DNA from: Azolla caroliniana
Taxonomy: Eukaryota; Plantae; Polypodiophyta
Assembly (NCBI GenBank): GCA_043228905.1
Contig: JBHGNT010000030.1
Span: 248,001 to 312,000 of the forward strand
Length of the DNA: 64,000 bases
Reading direction: 5' to 3'
A program made the translations under genes and the position numbers. Below are positions 60,164 to 64,000 of the stretch, piece by piece. How positions within the stretch are numbered: the stretch's first letter is position 1; every line of letters starts with the position of its first letter. The notes beneath the pieces were generated by a model. It saw nothing but the letters and a program-made list of their open reading frames with translations, had not been told where the DNA came from and searched no databases.

Positions 60164-63100
60164 GAACCATCATTTGTCGTTAAGCCATTTACAGGAGACA
60201 AAAAGGAAAGAACCGAAGAAGCAATCTGCACATGGCTGGGACGATGGGAGTCTCATTTTGAGCTCTATCCCACGCCAGATAGTACGAAGATTGCATATGT
60301 CGGTCGAGAACTCGGGGGTAAGGCCGCCGCCTGGTGGCGTGGCCTCCGTACTATGGGGAAATTGCCCGATACCTGGACAGATTTTGTCACGGTTTTTAAG
60401 GGCCAATTTCTGCAACCTCCCTCTCGAACCGAGGCAGCACAAGCTTTAATGAACCTCTCTAGCAGGAAATTTTCCTCGCTAGAAGACTATGTTCACCATG
60501 CTAGAACCCAAATCCAAAAATCGGGTCTAGAAGGGGACAATTGGTTGATAGCTTGTTTTGTCAATGGCATCCCCAATTCGGACTATCACTGGATAGTGCA
60601 CGATAAGGATCCAAAATCCTTCGAAGAGGCCGTTGAAATAGTTCTTCGCTATCAACGCACTTCGAAGAAGGACCATAACAAACACAACGAAGCGCCCGGG
60701 ACTAAGCAGTCGCAATTTGTTGGGAAACGCAAGACACCCAACGAATTCCTGGATCGCGATTGTAAGCGACAACATCCTTTTTGTGTATTCTGCAAAAAGA
60801 AGGGTCATACAAAAGATCAATGTCGAAAGCTCCAACGGAAAGAGCACGACAACAAAGCTAAAGCTGCAGACCATAAAGGTCAGATTCCTAATGTCCTTCA
60901 GGTCTATACACATCATTTAAGTAATTGTCAATGTCCTTTCCCTCACTATATATTGGGTCCCAATGATTTACTACGTGCAAACGGGTATATCAATGGATCT
61001 CCCGTACAGTTTTTATTTGATTCGGGAAGCTCACACAATTTTGTGAATGATCGTTTGGTTCAGATATGGGGAATCCAACCCACCGTAAGTGATCACACCT
61101 ACACGGTGCACTTGGCTGATGGAAGAGTACAATACATCAACGGGGCGATTCATTCATTAGGAATTTCTATTGATACTTATATAGAGGAAGTAGACTTCCA
61201 TGTAATGAATCTTTGTACCACCGATGTAATACTGGGTTATCCCTGGTTTTATAATAAAAACTCTTCTTTATTTATTGATTGGGTTCGTCATTCCATTTCT
61301 TTTGTACTGAACGATTGTACGCATTTTATTCAATGTGTAAAAAAACAATCCCTCTCGATTGTTTCCTCGTGTCCATCAATATCCGAGTTGTCTTGTTCTA
61401 CGTTATATTATTGTGTACTTGATCCGGACATTCACGTTTACAATATCGATAATGTCCCGATTCAATTAACATATTTTGAACAACAACAACTTGATGAAAT
61501 CTTAAATGATTTTCATGATGTTTTTCCAAGTGAACTACCTGATGGGTTACCTCCTAAACGTAATATAGACCATCGTATAGATATTGTACCTGGTGTTGCA
61601 CCAATAAGTATACCTCCGTATCGCTTAAGTCGATCCGAAGAAGATGAGGTATCTAAGCAACTCAAGGATTATTTACGAATGGGTTATATACGTTATAGTA
61701 AATCTCCATGGGGTGCACCAGTTCTCTTGGTTAAAAAGAAAGAGGGCACATGGCGTATGTGTATTAATTACCGACGCTTGAATAAAGTGACGATCAAGAA
61801 TTCGTATCCATTGCCCCGGGCTGACGATCTAATTGACCGTCTCCAGGGAGCTCGATATTTTACGAAACTTGATCTCCATACTGGCTACCATCAAATACGA
61901 ATAAGTGAGGACAATGTTCCTAAAACGGCATTTCGTACGCGCTATGGCCATTACGAGTTTTTGGTTATGCCTTTTGGTTTGACCAATGCTTCGGCTACTT
62001 TTCAACAAGAAATGAATGACATTTTCCGAGAACAACTTGGAAAATTTGTCGTTATTTTCTTGGATGATATTTTAGTTTATAGCCGTACATTACAAGAACA
62101 TGCTAGACATGTCCGCTTTGTTTTACAAACATTGCGTGACAAACAGTTTTATGCGAAGATCTCAAAATGTGAGTTCTTCAAGAAATCAATTACTTATCTA
62201 GGACATCTCATAACCGAACGAGGAGTTGAAATTGATCCTTCTCGCATTGAGAAAATCAAGCTTTGGCCCACTCTTCGGAATATTCGAGAAGTTCGATCAT
62301 TCCTTGGTTTTGTGGGGTTTTTGCGAAAGTCTCTTCGTAATTACTCCCAATTGACGACGCCGTTTACTGATCTTTTAAAAGGTCAAACGCGTAAGTCTAC
62401 AAAACCTATTGTGTGGAATGCTACACTAGACCTTGCCTTTAAGGAACTCAAGGACCTGGTTCGCAAGGCTCCTTCACTTCTTTTACCCGATCCTTCAAAA
62501 CCTTTTGAGGTTGAAACCGATGCAAGCGATTATGCTATAGGTGCTGTCTTGTATCAAGATGGTAAACCAATAGCATTCGAGAGTAAGAAACTTGATTCTG
62601 CTCAATGTCGCTATACCGTTCAAGAAAAGGAATTATTTGCAGTTATACATGCGCTCAAAACATGGCGCCATTATCTTTATGGAAATCACTTTGTGGTAAC
62701 TACGGACCACGAGTCCTTGAAATATTTTTGTGACCAACAAGACCTGAAAGGTCGTAAGGCACGATGGGCTGATCTCATCCAGGACTTTGATTTTTCCATA
62801 CGATATCGTAAAGGTTCCATGAACACTGTCGTTGATGCACTAAGTCGCATCCGTGAAGTTAACATGCTTAGCTTCACTGCAATATCATCAGATCTTTATG
62901 ATCACCTTCGAGGAAAGTATCCTGATGACAGTTATTTCGCAAAATATTGGGCAAGAGTTGAGTCTGGAACAGACACCACCACATCCTCGAAGGAATACTT
63001 CCACATTGCTAACGGTTTGCTCTACCGTAATGGGAAGGTTTGTGTTCCAGATTTACCCGAGGTCAAAAAGAGGATTCTTTTTGAATGCCATGATGCACCC

Positions 63101-64000
63101 TCAGCAGGGCACCCTGGAATACATCGTACACTCGTTCTCATCTCCACTCAATTTTATTGGCCTAAGATGCGTCCTGACATACATAGCTATGTGACTAAAT
63201 GTCACCAGTGCCAGGTTAACAAAGCCGAGCGACTTAAAGCCGCAGGACTTTTACATCCCTTGGACATTCCCAATAATAAGTGGGAAAGTATATCCATGGA
63301 TTTTATTGTTAGCCTTCCTCGCACCCAAAAAGGTCACGATGCCATCTGGGTTGTCGTTGATCGACTAACTAAAATGGCCAGATTTATTGCTACTAAAACC
63401 ACGGTAACAGCTCCTGAATTGGCTTACCAATTCGTTGACGAATTGTTTCGTTTTTATGGGTTACCGATGGATATCGTGAGTGATCGAGATCCAAAGTTTA
63501 CTAGTGACTTCTGGACACAAGTCTTTAAGAAGTTAGAAACTACGTTGAGCATGAGCTCCACGGATCATCCTCAATCCGATGGACAGACAGAACGAGTAAA
63601 TCAAATTATTGAGGACATGCTTCGAGCATACGTTGGTGCAAAACCAACAAAATGGGAACGTTATCTCCCAATTTTGGAGTTTGCTTATAACAGCTCCAAG
63701 CATACGTCGACGGGATATAGTCCTTTTATGTTGATGTATGGTTTTCAGCCACGAGCCCCGATTGATGTTAATATACATCATGATGAGTTGCAAAGTACGC
63801 AAAACTTTCTTCGGGATATGCAAGATATGTTGCATATTGCACGAGATAATATAAAAACAGCTCAAGATAGAGCGCGTTTTTATGCCGATCATCATAGGCA
63901 ACCTCGTGTATTCAACCTTGGACAGAAGGTATTTTTACGTGTACCTCACAATTCTAAGACATTGTCTACGGGTAAGTGCGCTAAGTTAGCCCCACGGTTT
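60164..64000 (+). CDS. pol: CH2 gag-pol continuation, apparently one open frame running off the window
   Basis: CCHC knuckle, [41 protein letters not shown]. Separated from its N-terminus by C6. Confidence 0.85.

Larger units (their letters stand above)
52431..64000 (+). mobile_element. Ty3/gypsy chromovirus CH2 (runs off the window)
   Basis: LTR 52431-52884 with ends mutated to TA..TA, Met PBS 52887-52896, ~1.65-kb leader, gag from ~54557 interrupted by C6. Confidence 0.92.

Overview
Gene-free plant heterochromatin made entirely of nested retrotransposons. TTTAGGG repeats, tRNA-Met and tRNA-Trp primer sites and a Tcn1-like chromovirus suggest a seed-free land plant (inference). Left half: a Ty1/copia (C1) is interrupted by a chromovirus (CH1). 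Inside CH1 sits a nested stack of an unusual tRNA-Trp-primed Ty3/gypsy family: G1 contains G4 and G2, and G2 contains G3. All five insertions of this family, including a solo LTR, have 4-bp TSDs reading NCGT. The autonomous members use a -1 frameshift with a predicted pseudoknot placed after the protease. G2 is a pol-less member encoding a reconstructed 1037-aa protein: a Gag N-terminus fused to a disordered repeat tail. Middle: an RTE/RTEX-like LINE hosts copia C2. The C2 5' LTR carries a small self-priming chromovirus derivative whose LTRs contain a tRNA-like A/B-box Pol III promoter. Right half: copia C3 > C4 > C5 > chromovirus CH2 > copia C6, with a telomeric-repeat repair scar, a hairpin array in the CH2 leader and a capsid-swapped copia. 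All boundaries were read by eye; no alignments or database searches were run.
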